From positions 4,836,001 to 4,900,000 of the forward strand of contig CM035352.1 of the NCBI GenBank assembly GCA_020137815.1: DNA of 64,000 nucleotides, read 5' to 3'. Position numbers and translations under genes: made by a program. The notes beneath the pieces were generated by a model. The model had not been told where the DNA came from, did no database searches, and worked only from the letters and a program-made list of their open reading frames with translations. Shown in pieces: positions 1 to 13,600 of this stretch. How positions within the stretch are numbered: the stretch's first letter is position 1; every line of letters starts with the position of its first letter. The stretch is from Hormiphora californensis (lineage: Eukaryota > Animalia > Ctenophora).

Positions 1-132
1 ATGACAGAGCAACTTTTGGACAGTTTTTGAGTGATGTGAGAATCTTTAGTTGGAACTGGCCAGATAAGATGCAGATTGACAAGTCACAGATTGACAGGTC
101 ACAGATTGACAGATCACAGAGAGAGAAAGAGA

Positions 133-172
<40 letters not shown>

Positions 173-732
173 CGGGATTATTTGAATTGTAAATTGTTTA
201 TATTTCGTAGCACAGTGTCAGGCAACTCAAGGGATCGTGACATGTATATATATCAGAATTTAATTTCCCATTAATTTTGAAGGTTCCAAGTAACGCGTTG
301 TCCCACGTTGCCACACACCAAGTTCAATTACTCCGTTACCCGTCAGTTGTAAATTTGTTAACCTTTTGTCAGTTAGGTGCTATGTTAGTAAAGTCAGATT
401 TTTTTGAATGTGTCACCCCCAAATGCACGCATACTAGAACCCCAATGACCAAAATTTCTGTCGATGTTTTTTGAGCAAAATTTTCTCGATTTTTCCATTG
501 ATAAAGTGCCACAAAGTCAAGAAGTTACTTTTTTCCTCATCTGAGGAAATGTCAGAGGGGATAGAAACTGTACCCTCAAGACAATTTATTTAATCTCTTT
601 TTGTTTAGGCCGCACGAGACAGATATACTTGAAAAACTCAATGAGTCAATGAGTTCAGTTTTTACATAACCCCATTTCCCCACCTAGAAACCCCCATTAT
701 TTGTACCTAACCCCATCTCACCACTTAGTCCC

Positions 733-2018
733 ATGATTTCATTGCTTGGGGACATCCTCGTCTTCTCCTACCTGTTCCTAATCTCAATTCTGAGCATAGC
801 CAGTAACACCTTTGTCCTCCTATGTGCCAACAACTACCGGGCATCTGACACCGACAAAGTCTCCATAACATTCATCAAGAATCTAGCCGTCTCAGATCTC
901 CTCTGCACTATCCTATTTGTCATACCATCCCTGTGCAACGTTGAACGAGCGGATTATCCGGAGTTATGTAAAATTGCCGGCATCTTGGCGTACATCCCCG
1001 CGGAGACGGAGATCCTCTTGATAGTTCTGATCTCAGGGTACAAGGTCTGGAGGTGTGTGTGCCCCTTTAGGTTACCCCTAGCGAACTGGCGTACAGTTAC
1101 TATCCGGCTACTGGGTGCGGGTGTCTGGATAACGGCTGCCCTCTGTACCATGGGTCCACTCCTAGCCACCGACTATGTCATGATATACGACCCACAGCTG
1201 AGACGGTGTGTGTTTGACCGCAGTGAGGTGTCCCTCGTCAGGCTGTGTAAGTTTATATAAATACTTAGTCGAAACCCGATTTACCGAAAAGCTTTTCCCC
1301 GGTAAATCGGGTACCGTATTATATGCTGAACACACGACACACGTGTCCATAAAGCATGGTCACGTGTGTCCACTTTGCATTGGACACTAGTTACACAATC
1401 TAATTGACACACCAACAAAATACTAACTGTATCTCCAATTCTAACTATCTCCATTCCACAGGCTTCTTTCTGTTCGGGACCCTACTACCTCTACTTCTGA
1501 TTATCATTTTCAACCTCACCCTCCTCTTCATTACCGTCCGTCGGAGTAACAACCTCAACTCGAAGGCCCCCTTCACAGTCCTATCCCTCTCGGGACTCTT
1601 TCTCCTCTCCTCCCTCCCCTTTATCATCTACAACATCCTCACCTCTGTTCACGGGGTGCAACCTGCCTTCAACGGGCTGAAGACTTTTGCTGGCTTCATT
1701 TACTATGTCAATCTGGTTGGAAACCCCATCGTTTACACCCTAACCAGTCAGCGGTTTTTCCAGCACTGTCTGCTGGTGATGAGGGCGGTATACAGAGACG
1801 ATATACCCTTGACAAGACGGAGCTTGAGAAGCTCAAGACAATCAAATTTACAGAGGGTGAACACGTTAGAGATTACTGTTGTGTCAAATAGTGTGAACAA
1901 TGCTACCAAGAACTCCCCAAGATCGTCTCTTGCAAGAGCATCAGTTGTTGAAAGTGCTACGAAGAACTCCCCAAAACATTCTCTTGCAAGAGCATCAGTT
2001 GTTGAAAGCAAAATGTAA
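733..2018 (+). CDS. Class A (rhodopsin-like) GPCR, 2 exons (733-1246, 1462-2018), ~356 aa
   Basis: Motifs: TM1 SN, TM2 NLAVSDL, TM3 Cys and ISGYKV at the DRY position, ECL2 Cys, TM6 LSSLP, TM7 NPIVY. The phase-1 intron GTAAGT(1247)...CCACAG(1461) joins the two ORFs in frame (L-C-F-F-L). Confidence 0.9.
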
Positions 2019-3206
2019 TTAATGTATCAGATTATCAGATAAATTAGCCCCACCTTGATACTATATCCGTTTTATTACATTGCTGTCATATAAATAAACC
2101 GGTGAACAAACAGATACGAATTTTCTTAACTCTTTTATAATCTTTTAGGGTCAGGCAAAAAACAGAGACCAGAGTCATTAGTCAATACATACAACGTTTG
2201 AAATACTGGGAAGAAGACAGACAACGGTTCCCTGTGAATTGATCTAAAGATCATTATGGATGCTAGAACTTCAATAACATGGTAAATAAATTATGAACTT
2301 TTACTGGTATTTGTTATTGCCAGTTTAAAGTTTTAATCGCTTCCTATAAGCTCCTGTATAGTTGTAAAGGAGGAGAATTTGTGTGGAAGTCTGTCATCAG
2401 GTTGCACACTTGACAGCTTGTTGTGTTAAGTAACATGCAGTGCAGTGGAGTCGTTATTTCAGAAGTGCAATTAGATTCCCTCCTTCTCCTCCTCCTTCTC
2501 CTTCTCCTCCTTCTCTGTTCACGATACATGCCCTCTCGTTCTCCTCCCCCCATTCTCTCTTCGAGATACACGCCCTCCTTCTCTGTTTCCCTTCCCGCCC
2601 TTCTCTTTTCGAGATACTGTATATATATATACTTTGTTATACTAGCAGTGTAGTTCCACCTATAGGTTCTATAGGTAAAACCTGAGCAAGGCCCGAGGGC
2701 ATGATATAAGATGAAATTAGTATGATACACCGTGGGGATTACTACGGTGGTGATCCGTCATAATATGGCTCTCCCCTTCTTCTCTGTTCAAGATATACAT
2801 CCTCTGTTTTACATCCTCTGTTTTACTAGCACTGTATAGTTCCACCTAGCTGTAGAAAGAGATCGAGGGTGTGATATAAAGATGGAATTAGTTTGATGCA
2901 CTGTTTATCCCCGTGGGATTATGCTACATATTTTAATACTTGTTGTGAACCACATGCCAACATGAAAAATTTGCGACAGCTTTTATCATTCGGTGATGCT
3001 TCTATTTCCTTGTATAGTTAGTGTACTAAACGCAATAGTGATGCTTTCTTTTTTTTTTTTTTTTTGGATACTAAGCTGAGGTTTGCCAAAACGGAAACCA
3101 GGTGAATTGCACCTGACAACCGAGACACATGCTCCCGGCATGGTCAACATCACCCGGACCGCCACACCTTACAGACACTTCGGTAGTATGCTTTCTTTAT
3201 ATCTCA

Positions 3207-3331
<125 letters not shown>

Positions 3332-3554
3332 TCTTCCACTCCCAATTCTCCTCGTTTGCTCGATACTAATTGACAAGAGCTGCGCGACGTGCAGTACATC
3401 ATCTCAAAATAGTACTTCTCGATTCTACCCCAAACGATTGCTCATTTCCAATTTTGCTTCATTTTGTTCTTATCGTTGCCTTGTTCGACCGGCCCTCTGT
3501 CTCCGCGTCCTGGAAATTAAAGGAGGGTAATAGAACATTTAACAAGTTTCCCCA

Positions 3555-3701
3555 ATGGACCAACAGCCCTCCTGGGATGAAATCACGGAAAGTGAAGAGA
3601 AGATAACTGTCTGTGAGGTGCTCCGGTTCGGAGATCAGGACGATATTGATAGCGATCTTTTGGGGGACGTGGACCTTCTACCTATTGACGAACTGATAGG
3701 T

Positions 3702-3764
<63 letters not shown>

Positions 3765-4006
3765 CAGTCACCTGACACCTGACACCTGAGACAGAGACAG
3801 AGACAGAGACAGAGACAGAGACAGAGACAGAGACAGAGACAGAGACAGAGACAGAGACAGAGACAGAGACAGAGACAGAGACAGAGACAGAGACAATTGG
3901 TTCAAGTCAAATGAATACTAAACAATGGCATTCTTCTCAGAAGTTGAAGAAGAAGTTACTACACCCTGTCGAACCATGCTCACCAAAGCATCTGCTTATT
4001 GTACAG
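3555..4006 (+). CDS. Two tentative coding exons (3555-3699, 3941-4006); possibly the 5' end of the LIM-CAP gene
   Basis: MDQQPSWDE...DELI g|GTGAGA and TTCTCAG|aa gtt gaa (EVEEEVTTPCRTMLTKASAYCT) g|GTATAC are phase-compatible. I could not trace the link to downstream exons. Confidence 0.35.
3705..3895. repeat. (GA)n followed by (GAGACA)n microsatellites
   Basis: Direct reading. Confidence 0.9.
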
Positions 4007-4352
4007 GTATACTTTCATAAAATGTTTTAACATCTAGAACTAGAAACAGTTGTGTATGCGTGATCGCTGACAACTATCCTCGCTCCACTCTCAGGCCGTG
4101 AGAGAGAACAACCCTGTTACTTCATATCCAGGGGTTGAACCTTTACATCTTGTATTGACACAGTAACTCCGGCTGATTTGTAGCTCGTGCTCCCCCCCCC
4201 CCACCAAGATTACCCCTCCCCTTTATCCCAGAGCCGTGTTTCTATTGTGATGAACGAGTTGATGTCCGTGAGAGTGGAGTGGTTATCATCAGAGGTCATC
4301 CCTGTCATCCAGCGTGTGTGATATGTGATGTGTGTGGTGACCAGGTATGTAA

Positions 4353-4567
4353 GGGACCAGTTACAAATTGGAATCCTGACATCAGGAACCTGATGGCTCG
4401 TGCACACCCCCTATGCTAACAATTCGCGCGTCGCAACTCTCTACTTATTTCTCATGCAAAGTTGGGTCACACGGCTGCTTCACGTGGTTTAGCACGCTAT
4501 ACAGCGTAGGGGGTGGGCACGAGCCATCAGGTTCCTGATGTCAGGATTCCAATCTGTAAATGGTCCG
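4353..4567. mobile_element. MITE with ~60-bp imperfect TIRs and TAA target duplication (PIF/Harbinger-like)
   Basis: GGACCAGTTACAAATTGGAATCCTGACATCAGGAACCTGATGGCTCGTGC... is mirrored at ~4503-4566. TAA flanks at 4350-4352 and 4568-4570. Confidence 0.7.
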
Positions 4568-5442
4568 TAATGCACCAGGCACCTCAATGGGATAAAATCA
4601 TGTTTTGAGGTACACCCGGCACCCCCCCCCCCCCTAATGATGTCTACTCTCATTCCAGAACGGGGGCTTCTCTAAAAATAAATTAATCGAAACTTGATTT
4701 GTTGATAGCATTGCCATTTTGGCATCGTAGACAGATTCTGTCTATGATGCCCCGTACAAAATGCCAAGCTTACTAGGTGTACAAATTGAACAAGTTACAC
4801 AGCTCTTTTGCGACTGAGTACCATTATACGTGTATAGTATCTGGGCCGTGATACCTTCATTTCGAAGGTCCTATGCAGACTTTGTGTTGTATTTTTCAAG
4901 GTCCTAGACATCAACTTTTTGTGTTGTGTTGTGCTTGGTGGGCATATTTTCATGTCATCATCAATATATTGTCATTAGCGGTTTGACTGTGGTCTGATAA
5001 TGTGCAGTAGAGACATGTTTACTGTTTAGCATATGTATTGCCATCCCGTATAATTACTGGTGACAGTCTGAATAAAATCAGAGCGCATGTTTATATTTAA
5101 AAGACGTGGAGAATCAGAATAGGACATCTTTGGCCTTTGCCGCGGTAACCCATGTCATCAAACATTTCATCTAGGCTAGACAGTTGACATTATAGCTCTT
5201 TCATCTCATGTACTCAGTGTACACCGTTCAATCCACGTGGAATGTGTCTGAAGGGAAAGAATGGGAAATTAATATAATTATAATGGCCTACAGTCTTTGA
5301 TGTGTCTTGTCTCTCTTTCTTCGATCGTGCGTAGAGAGCACTTCTCATCGAACCGAGCTGTTTCCGTTGGCGAGATATTTGTCAACTGTTGTTGTCAATA
5401 ACTACTTTTCTTTCTTTCTCTCTCTCTCCTCTCTCTCTCTCT

Positions 5443-5489
<47 letters not shown>

Positions 5490-7649
5490 CTCTCTCGCTC
5501 TCCCATTGCGGCATGCATGGTCAATGGTGATGCATCTGTTGTCTACAACATGGAAAGTAGTGGCTAGATTTGTCAGTAAATTATCATTTCAACATAGTTC
5601 GCGTACATTTCAGTTTTGAGGTAAACCCGAGAGAGATGTAGAATAGCTGTTGTTCATAAGTACTACTTACTTAAAGAAGCGAGATTATCGTAAAACACGT
5701 GTAATCGACTCAACGTGATAAACACTAAACGAAGATAAGACTCATCCTTTCTTTTGAGAAAGCATTGGAGTATATAATTAGTACAAACCACCCCACACAA
5801 TTTTGTTTCACTCCTAGTCCTACGACAGTCCAAGTGATAGTTCTACGAATGGAAGTCTCGCCGGACTTATGTTCCATTCATAAGTCCGGCGACAGTTGAA
5901 TCTGATCTCACTTCCAACTTGTTAATCACAATTTCCTGCACAGTGTCATCCTAGTTCCACTCCTGGCTTCAGTTTCCCACGAAAATAGAGAGAAGAGGGA
6001 TATAGAGAGGGAAGGGGGAGAGGGAGGGAGAAAGATAGAGAGAGGGATATTATAGAGGGAGAGTAAGAGAGAGAGTTAAGACATTGAAGTTAAAGACAGC
6101 TTGTAGGCAAATGAGCGTACAGCAGATTATCATATATTTTAGTATATCTCTCACAGCTGCAGCAACAGTGCTCTAAAAACACTCTCTCTCTTATCCAGAG
6201 CATTGCTTACTTTCGATTTTATCCCGATTGTATATGGGTATATGTCATTTATGATAGGGTGTTTGGGCTATAAAAGTCAAAAGTGGCTTTCAAGTTGTCT
6301 CAGCTGGATAGATAGGATCGTTAATTTTCCTGTAGTTCAGTAGTTCAGCTCTCTACTATACAGGAGCACTGTTATACCATTGCAGCTCCTACACATGTGT
6401 GTACACTTATCTCTCTCACAAACTACAAAGTGGCTGATCCCACTCGGTTATATTATTATTGAACTTAAGATGTCACACAGTAACCGTAACAATTACGAGT
6501 AACGTCATATATCTTCCCTCTTGAAATATGACTTTAACTGAAACGGTATAATATGCTATGTAGAAAGTTGGATGAGCAGAGCAGACTGTAAATAAATGCA
6601 TATCGGAGCCAGTGAAGTAGTAGCTTTATATAGTTGCAAATCTGTTGCAACCTGCACTGCAGGGTTGAAGGGTTTCCTGAATGAGATTTCAGTGGAATAT
6701 TCCAGGTGGAATATTATATTCCTAAAATCTGGAATTTCCACGGAGACACTTCCCTCTGACGAGATGCTGTCACACTTTTTATAGCTTGTCACCCCTTAAT
6801 TTTCATGTGAACACGTCATTGTAGGTTATCCATCTCCACAAGGACATGATATGAGTTGTGTTAATAGCCGACACCGTACAAGTTTCATATGTAACAACTC
6901 AGGACTGGAAGGTGTGGCAGGCTCGATCAGAGAGCATTTGTATATCACGTCTTGTTACGTATGTTACTATCGCTGTAATTGTAGTGTGGCCAATAACTCT
7001 TTTAAGCAGAAAACATGGCTGTAGCACATATCGTTGACATAATATGTCAACTTGACATATCGTGATACTCACTCGACAGCCCGTCGACGACGGGTGCGGT
7101 AAACGTTTAAACTTTAAACCCTTTAGGAAAAGTTCCAGCACACACACATTCATATCTGCTTCTCGTATTTCTCTTCCCCCTGCTCTTGTTGCAGATATAT
7201 TGCAGATATATTGGTTACACTCAGCACCTTGTATCAAACAAACTGGAACATACTCTGACCGCGGTTCTCCCCATGAGAACAGGGTCAGGCCAATGATCTG
7301 ATAACTGGAGATTGGAGAATAGTTGGGGGTCATTAGGTCTGTTCTGTCAGAACATTGATCTGAAAGGGCCTGTTAGCTTTTGGATCTCCTTCTTTTGTTT
7401 ACAAATTATATGTAAAGCAGCTGCATGCCTTTTCTAGCTTGAAATACTCCAGCCTTGGTTTGAATTGTTCATTGCGGACACAGTGTTAGGCGACTCAAGC
7501 CTTAGTACTATAATTATAGAATAGCTATTCCTAATTCCTATGTTGTTACACACATCCCACTGTGGATGTTTAGTTCCATAATCCTGATTTTAATGTAACT
7601 CAAAAACTCCCCCGCCCTTATCAGTAAACTCAGTATAGCACTGTTATAG

Positions 7650-10600
7650 CCTGTCTGCACAGTAATAATTGATCACCCTAAAATTATCCAGGTAGGATAG
7701 CTGCAGTATCTATCTAACTCCATACCTCCACACATGTGCAGGTAGGGTCGTGTAGCCAGTACCTGGTGGAAGATGATATGGTTGTGACGTGTGAACGATG
7801 TACCGCACTAAGATGCTCCCTATGCCTTCTCATCTCCAACAAACGCATGTTCCGGGTATGTATTTGAAGTTATAACTTTTCAAAAAAAACAATATTACAG
7901 TCGGACCCTAATTATTTACCGGCACCCGATTTACTGGAACCACGGGAGGATAGACTTCCTCCGAAATAAATATTGCGTTCTATGACTCGATGACAGTAAT
8001 GATCAAGTAGATACAGCAGCTGTCGATCTTGCTGCCTCTTTGGAGACCTAATTTTACACCTGTCACATTTTATAATGTATCCGAATAATATATGTCCTGT
8101 CAGATATCCCATCCGCCGAGATCTGTGCTTGGTACAGTGTGTGATCAGTCTGTCAGGTGATCGTACAGTACATGTTATGTTTTATTTTGAGAGCTTTGGT
8201 ATAGTAGTGTACATTTTGTGCTTCAAACTGTTCAATATAATGCCTACTAGAACATATTATTATGTTGTTGAAACCTGAAAGCATTACTTTGTAAACAGAT
8301 AGTGTTAAAAACTGGTCTCGATGAAAGCATACCTTGAAAACCCAGTTTTCTGAGCTAACTTGGCCTTGGCTTTAAAACAATTCCAATAGCTGCTTTCCTC
8401 AAGTATAGATTCATAAACTTGCTAAATATCTCCTTGAAGCCTCTAAATTTTAGTACGTAGTCTTCTAGAGGAAGTTGTATTCCAATTTAGGCAGTTCTAG
8501 GATTACAGGACTAAAATTACATGCCTACCTTAGCAACTCATTTTTGTAAGATCCTGTTTGCACCTCTGCTTTGGTATCGAAGTCACCTCACACTCAGGTC
8601 GCCGGGCGACCTTCGCGCGCGCTGGCAAGGGGTAACTTCGTAACCAAACCTCTGCTAGAGTATTTTGAGAGGCTATTATATTGTATGTGTTTTTGAAGTT
8701 GTTCACTTTGTAAAATTTCGAGTCGTCTATGCCTGATAAAACTCTGAACCACGCGAGTTCACCACAGGGGTCACTCCCTACACAGCTGATGAATTTTCTT
8801 ATTTATAGCAACTTGCATCTTCATGTGCCCCCAAAATAAAGAATATAATATTATATTCACATTTTCTAAGAAAACTTCCGGCCTGAGATGAGCCAGTCAT
8901 TGTCTCGCAGTATAATGCCTTGCATTATAAACTGTTCTACTATGTAAACACAGTGTTTTTTGCTTAACTTGAAATGAAGTTGTAAGCAAGTTGTATGACT
9001 GTTGATAGTCAATTAATTAACTTTGAATCAGGGTGCAGCACTAGATGCCTGTAGATCTAACTGTATAAACGTTTGTTCAGGACGGTGGGAGATCATATCA
9101 CATGGCTTGTGCACGGTGTTCCCTATGTCACGTGGCTTTCACAGAAACCGACCAGGATCCCCTAATGAGGAGCAACGGTAGGTAACAACTCTATACATCA
9201 CGTGATGCACAACTCCATATATGGGCATCACGTGATACACTGTGCTACTTCACCAATCTGTACAGTTTTTAATCCCGGAATTTATTGATAATTCACACAC
9301 GTCATGTACTACTGCAGGTAGCTATCGGCATGTTGAGTGTGTGGAACCAGTAAAGGCAGCTCCACCTGTAAACCCCTGCCACCTTCACGATGCAAGGACG
9401 TTACACCGGGAACCACCACCCAAATCTCTCCAACTTTCAGAACAGAGAATCCTTGAAATTCACAACGCTCTCAGAGAACAGTAGGTTTGGTTTGGGGTGG
9501 GTTGCTCATATCTGGGACTGTAAACAGTCACACAGCCAAGTCTTTCAGTTTGCCGACCGGGCGAGACATCATAGTGCATTGTAATAAACAACAGCAGTTG
9601 TAGCGCACTGGATATATTGTTATTGGTCTACATGGCGCCATAATGTATATCATGGCTTCCCGACAACTCAACACATGTTGCAGGCACTGTGTTAGCGAGC
9701 TGGGTTGGTCTTCTGTCCTGGAGGGAAGAGCAAGGAGGTGGGCTATACGCCTCTCTGTCGGTAGAAGCAAAGGGAAAATGGAGCTGAAACAACATGACAC
9801 TGTTTTTGGTAAGTTAAAAAATATAAACGGTTCAGCAGCAATTAGGACACATGTATAGCACGTCATAGGAACATAAAACATTAATTTATCGAGCTTATTA
9901 ATTGTACAATTAAGATTTCTTGTCTAGAAATTTCATCGCAACTCCCATTTGTTGAGCCCACCCTTATCCAACGAATGGATATAATGCTCCAATGTCCCTT
10001 AGATATTTATTGACAGTGGGAAGGGTTGAAATGTAGAAAGCACCGGCCGCCAACACAGCTCCTACCAAGGTCTTTTTGATAAGGGGCTTCCACGAACATA
10101 GAGCCGCCAATTCAGTATCTGTAAAAGAGATATGTTTATTATTTGGAAGCTACTTTACTTTGTTGAGTAAGGAGTGAGACACTCAACAAACTTTACTGGA
10201 CCCTTTATAAAAGAAGATTTAGAACAAGTTATTGGAGAAGAAGTTGGGATCAGGTTCTCCTTCAGATTATGAACAACACCTCCGAGGGTTTATATTTTGG
10301 CATCCAGCCAACAAATTCAACTGACCTGAATTATAGAGGGCCAACTCGTAGAAGCGTTCCTTCCATTTGCAGCCAACAAAGGGCGGGTAGCGTGTCATGT
10401 TAGCGAATTCCATTCCAGCGGGAACCTCGTGGACTCCCTTGTAGTTTGTGAAGCAGTCAAATGTTGCCTTACCATGATACCGACCTGAACGTAGGGGAAA
10501 ATATATCAAAACAATGTTGAGACTCTCGTCTCTCACACGCTCAGCAATAATTGCTAGTACAAGAGTTCCCCCAAAAGAGTAAGGGGTGATCCCCTACTCA

Positions 10601-13600
10601 TCAAAATTTTGTTGAGTAGGGGATCGCAAAACGAGAGCACGCACAGTATTTTCCCGACCCTTCTTCCTGATCCTAGCACCAAAACTCCCCCTGTAAGACT
10701 CACCCTACTCCTACTACTACTTGGATCCATCGCATCCTATTCTCGCTCCGCGAATAATAGGATCCCGGTCCGTTGAGAGCAAGAACTCACGTGCGCGCGA
10801 TATTAAAGCACGTTTTCAGCAGATCGCGCGTGATAGACCGTTTTTGGAGACCTTTTTAGCTGACCTAGCACTACTCAAAGGTCAATTATGGCCTCATTTC
10901 GCATCGTGATGAATCGGCGGGTATTTTCCCATACTCACAAGGCCATGACGATTCCCCCAGTACCCGCAGATTGTCCCAGGACCGAGTAGGAGCTTGCAGC
11001 CAGGTCTTTAAAGAATTGCTCATGTTTAGCGTCAATTTTGACCCACTATTCCTCAAATGCTGATACTCGCGGGTATTTTCCGTAAAACTAGAGACAATTA
11101 TCTGCCAGTAGCAACAAACGAGATACAAATCGGTTCGGTAGTTCCTTGCAGCCAGGTCTTTGAAAAAGTTTGCTCTAAAATCAATAACGCGCCGGAGGCC
11201 TAGATGTGAGATCGATCTCGGTCGCTGCGCGACCTCGATCTCACTCAGGCATCAATGTGGCCAATACTACTACTACTATACTAATAAGACTCACCCTGTC
11301 CGCTGTTTCCCACACCCCCAAAGGGTAGCTCCGGAATGCACACAAAGGTGATTGTATCATTGATAGAAAGAGTCCCTGAAGACAACTCCCTCTCTACTGC
11401 CTCAATTGAGGGTCGGTGGGTAGAGAAAAAGTAGGTAACTAGGGGTTTCTCCCGTCGCTTTAGGGTTTCCAGTAAATCGGAGAGGTTTGAGTAGGTTATT
11501 ACGGGTAAAACAGGGCCAAAAATCTGCAAGAAGGGTGATTTTAGTGATCAGGAATAAATCCCTAGATCTTCTTCATAGAGGCAGGCCGCAGAGATAAAGG
11601 GAGTTCTTGCGACTGTTTTAGGGTGTTATCTCACCTCTTCCTTCATTAGTGGCGAAGTAAAATCAACTCCGGAAACAATTGAAGGAGCAACGAACTTCCC
11701 CTCTTCATCCGTCTCTCCACCATGTTCAACAACGCCCCCACTGCGTTCCAACATTCCCTTTAGCCTTCTAAAGTGGGCCATGCTAACCAACCGGCAAAAC
11801 TCAGGGCTCTTTGATGCGTCACTTCCATAGAATTTTATAAGGGAGGATTTAAGAGATGCGATGAGTTCCTTTACCTTGCTCTCATGTACAGCAATGTAGT
11901 CTGCAGCGATACATATCTGACCACCGTTCATGAACTGAGGCAGAGCTGTGTTATTCGATATTAGCTGATTGTCCAAACATGTTGGTGACATTGAGAAATA
12001 TGCAAGTGAGATAGAGCTAACACACACGCTTGCATGAAACGCGGGCAAGTACAATGGCACTATAATATCGTTAGGTATAATAAATACCTTTCCATAAACG
12101 ATCCTGTTTGCCACTGTAGGAATGTCTACAGTTTCATCGACAATACAGGGTGACTTGCCGCCTAGTTCCAACGTTACAGATGTGAGTGTTTCCGCAGCTT
12201 TCAGGGCTATCTTCCGGCCAATACCCGAGCTTCCTGGTGTAATAATTAGTTAATTAATTAGTTAATGATTAGTGTTTAATTGTTTCTTAATAATGTAGAT
12301 CAGAGATGATAAATGGGACTTATATTACCCGTGAAAAAGATGTGATCCCATTTCTGAGCGAGTAGCTCCTCGGCTTTATCCACACCACCTTCTACCGCCC
12401 TAGAAAGAGAGTCAAGAGCTGTGTCACAGGGGTGTCACAGGTGATTGGCTTGACTGATCTTTAGCAGATCTGTCCAGCTTTGAAAATCTTTTTCAACCCC
12501 TTTACATGAAATCGTTGTGCGTGTTCCATTTCTACCGCCCAAATTTTATACCTGTAACAGGTGGGATCGAGGAACAGCTCCAGATACTTTGCAATGACTC
12601 TCCCTGCATTCCCAGCCACCTCTGTTGGTTTCACAACGGCACAGCAGCCAGCTGCTATGGCTCCGATAAGGGGGATTAAAAGCAGTTGGAGGGGGTAATT
12701 CCAAGTGCCAAATATAAGAACAACCCCACGGGGCTCCGGGTATAGCTGGACTCGCTGGGTACTGAACGGAAACCGCTAGGGACGAGGAGGAGTGTTATAG
12801 TAGGGACGAATCTTAATTTTTTGACTCACTATTTGGTGGAATGCAAATTCCGGTTGTAACCCACCTATTTTGACCCGCTGAACACGATCCCGTTCATAAG
12901 TAAGGTCGCAAAAGTGAAGAACATGCCCAAATCGGCCACGCCCTTTTACCTGTATTTTCAGCCTGTAGCCAAAAACATAAACCCTCTTAGAATAGGAGTA
13001 GAGACAAATCTGAGGGCACTAAAGTGATCAGCGCCCTCGCATTAGTGGGGGTATGTGCTGGAATTAAGTCTCTATCTCATCTGGTTAATTAGATAATTGG
13101 ATAATTAGATCCGTGCATAGCCGTTTTTGGCCATATGGCTATAGCCACTTAGGAATGGTTTAGAGACTTTTCACTGGCGCCATTTTGTAGGCAATAGCCA
13201 AGTTATGGGGGGTCGACGTCGGACTTTTAAGCTCTATCTCCAACCGTTTAGCCGTTATTTGGCTTAAACGATGCTCAAAATCGGGCTTTTTACCGTTTTT
13301 CGCTCATTTTGAGCACCGATTAAGCCCAATAACGGCTAAACGGTTGGAGATAGAGCTTAAAAGTCCGACGTCGACCCCCCATAACGTGGCTATTGCCTAT
13401 AAATTGGCGCCAGTGAAAAGTCTCTAAACCATTCCTAAGTGGCTATAGCCATATAGCCAAAAAACGGTTATGTGCAAACCTAATTATCCAATTATCTAAT
13501 TAACCAGATGAGATAGAGACTTAATTCCAGCACCTACCCCCACTAATGCGAGGGCGCTGATCACTTTAGTGCCCTCAGATTTGTCTCTACTCCTATTCGT

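Noticed and set aside
1690-1740. GPCR as an opsin
   Set aside because: The position equivalent to rhodopsin K296 is Tyr (YYVNLVGNPIVY).
1-2290. Scattered exon-like segments (1-80, 609-660, 2149-2233)
   Set aside because: I could not assemble a consistent spliced frame or recognise a domain.
6150-7300. Several possible small exons upstream of the LIM exons
   Set aside because: Multiple phase-compatible chains exist and none yields a recognisable domain; left unresolved.
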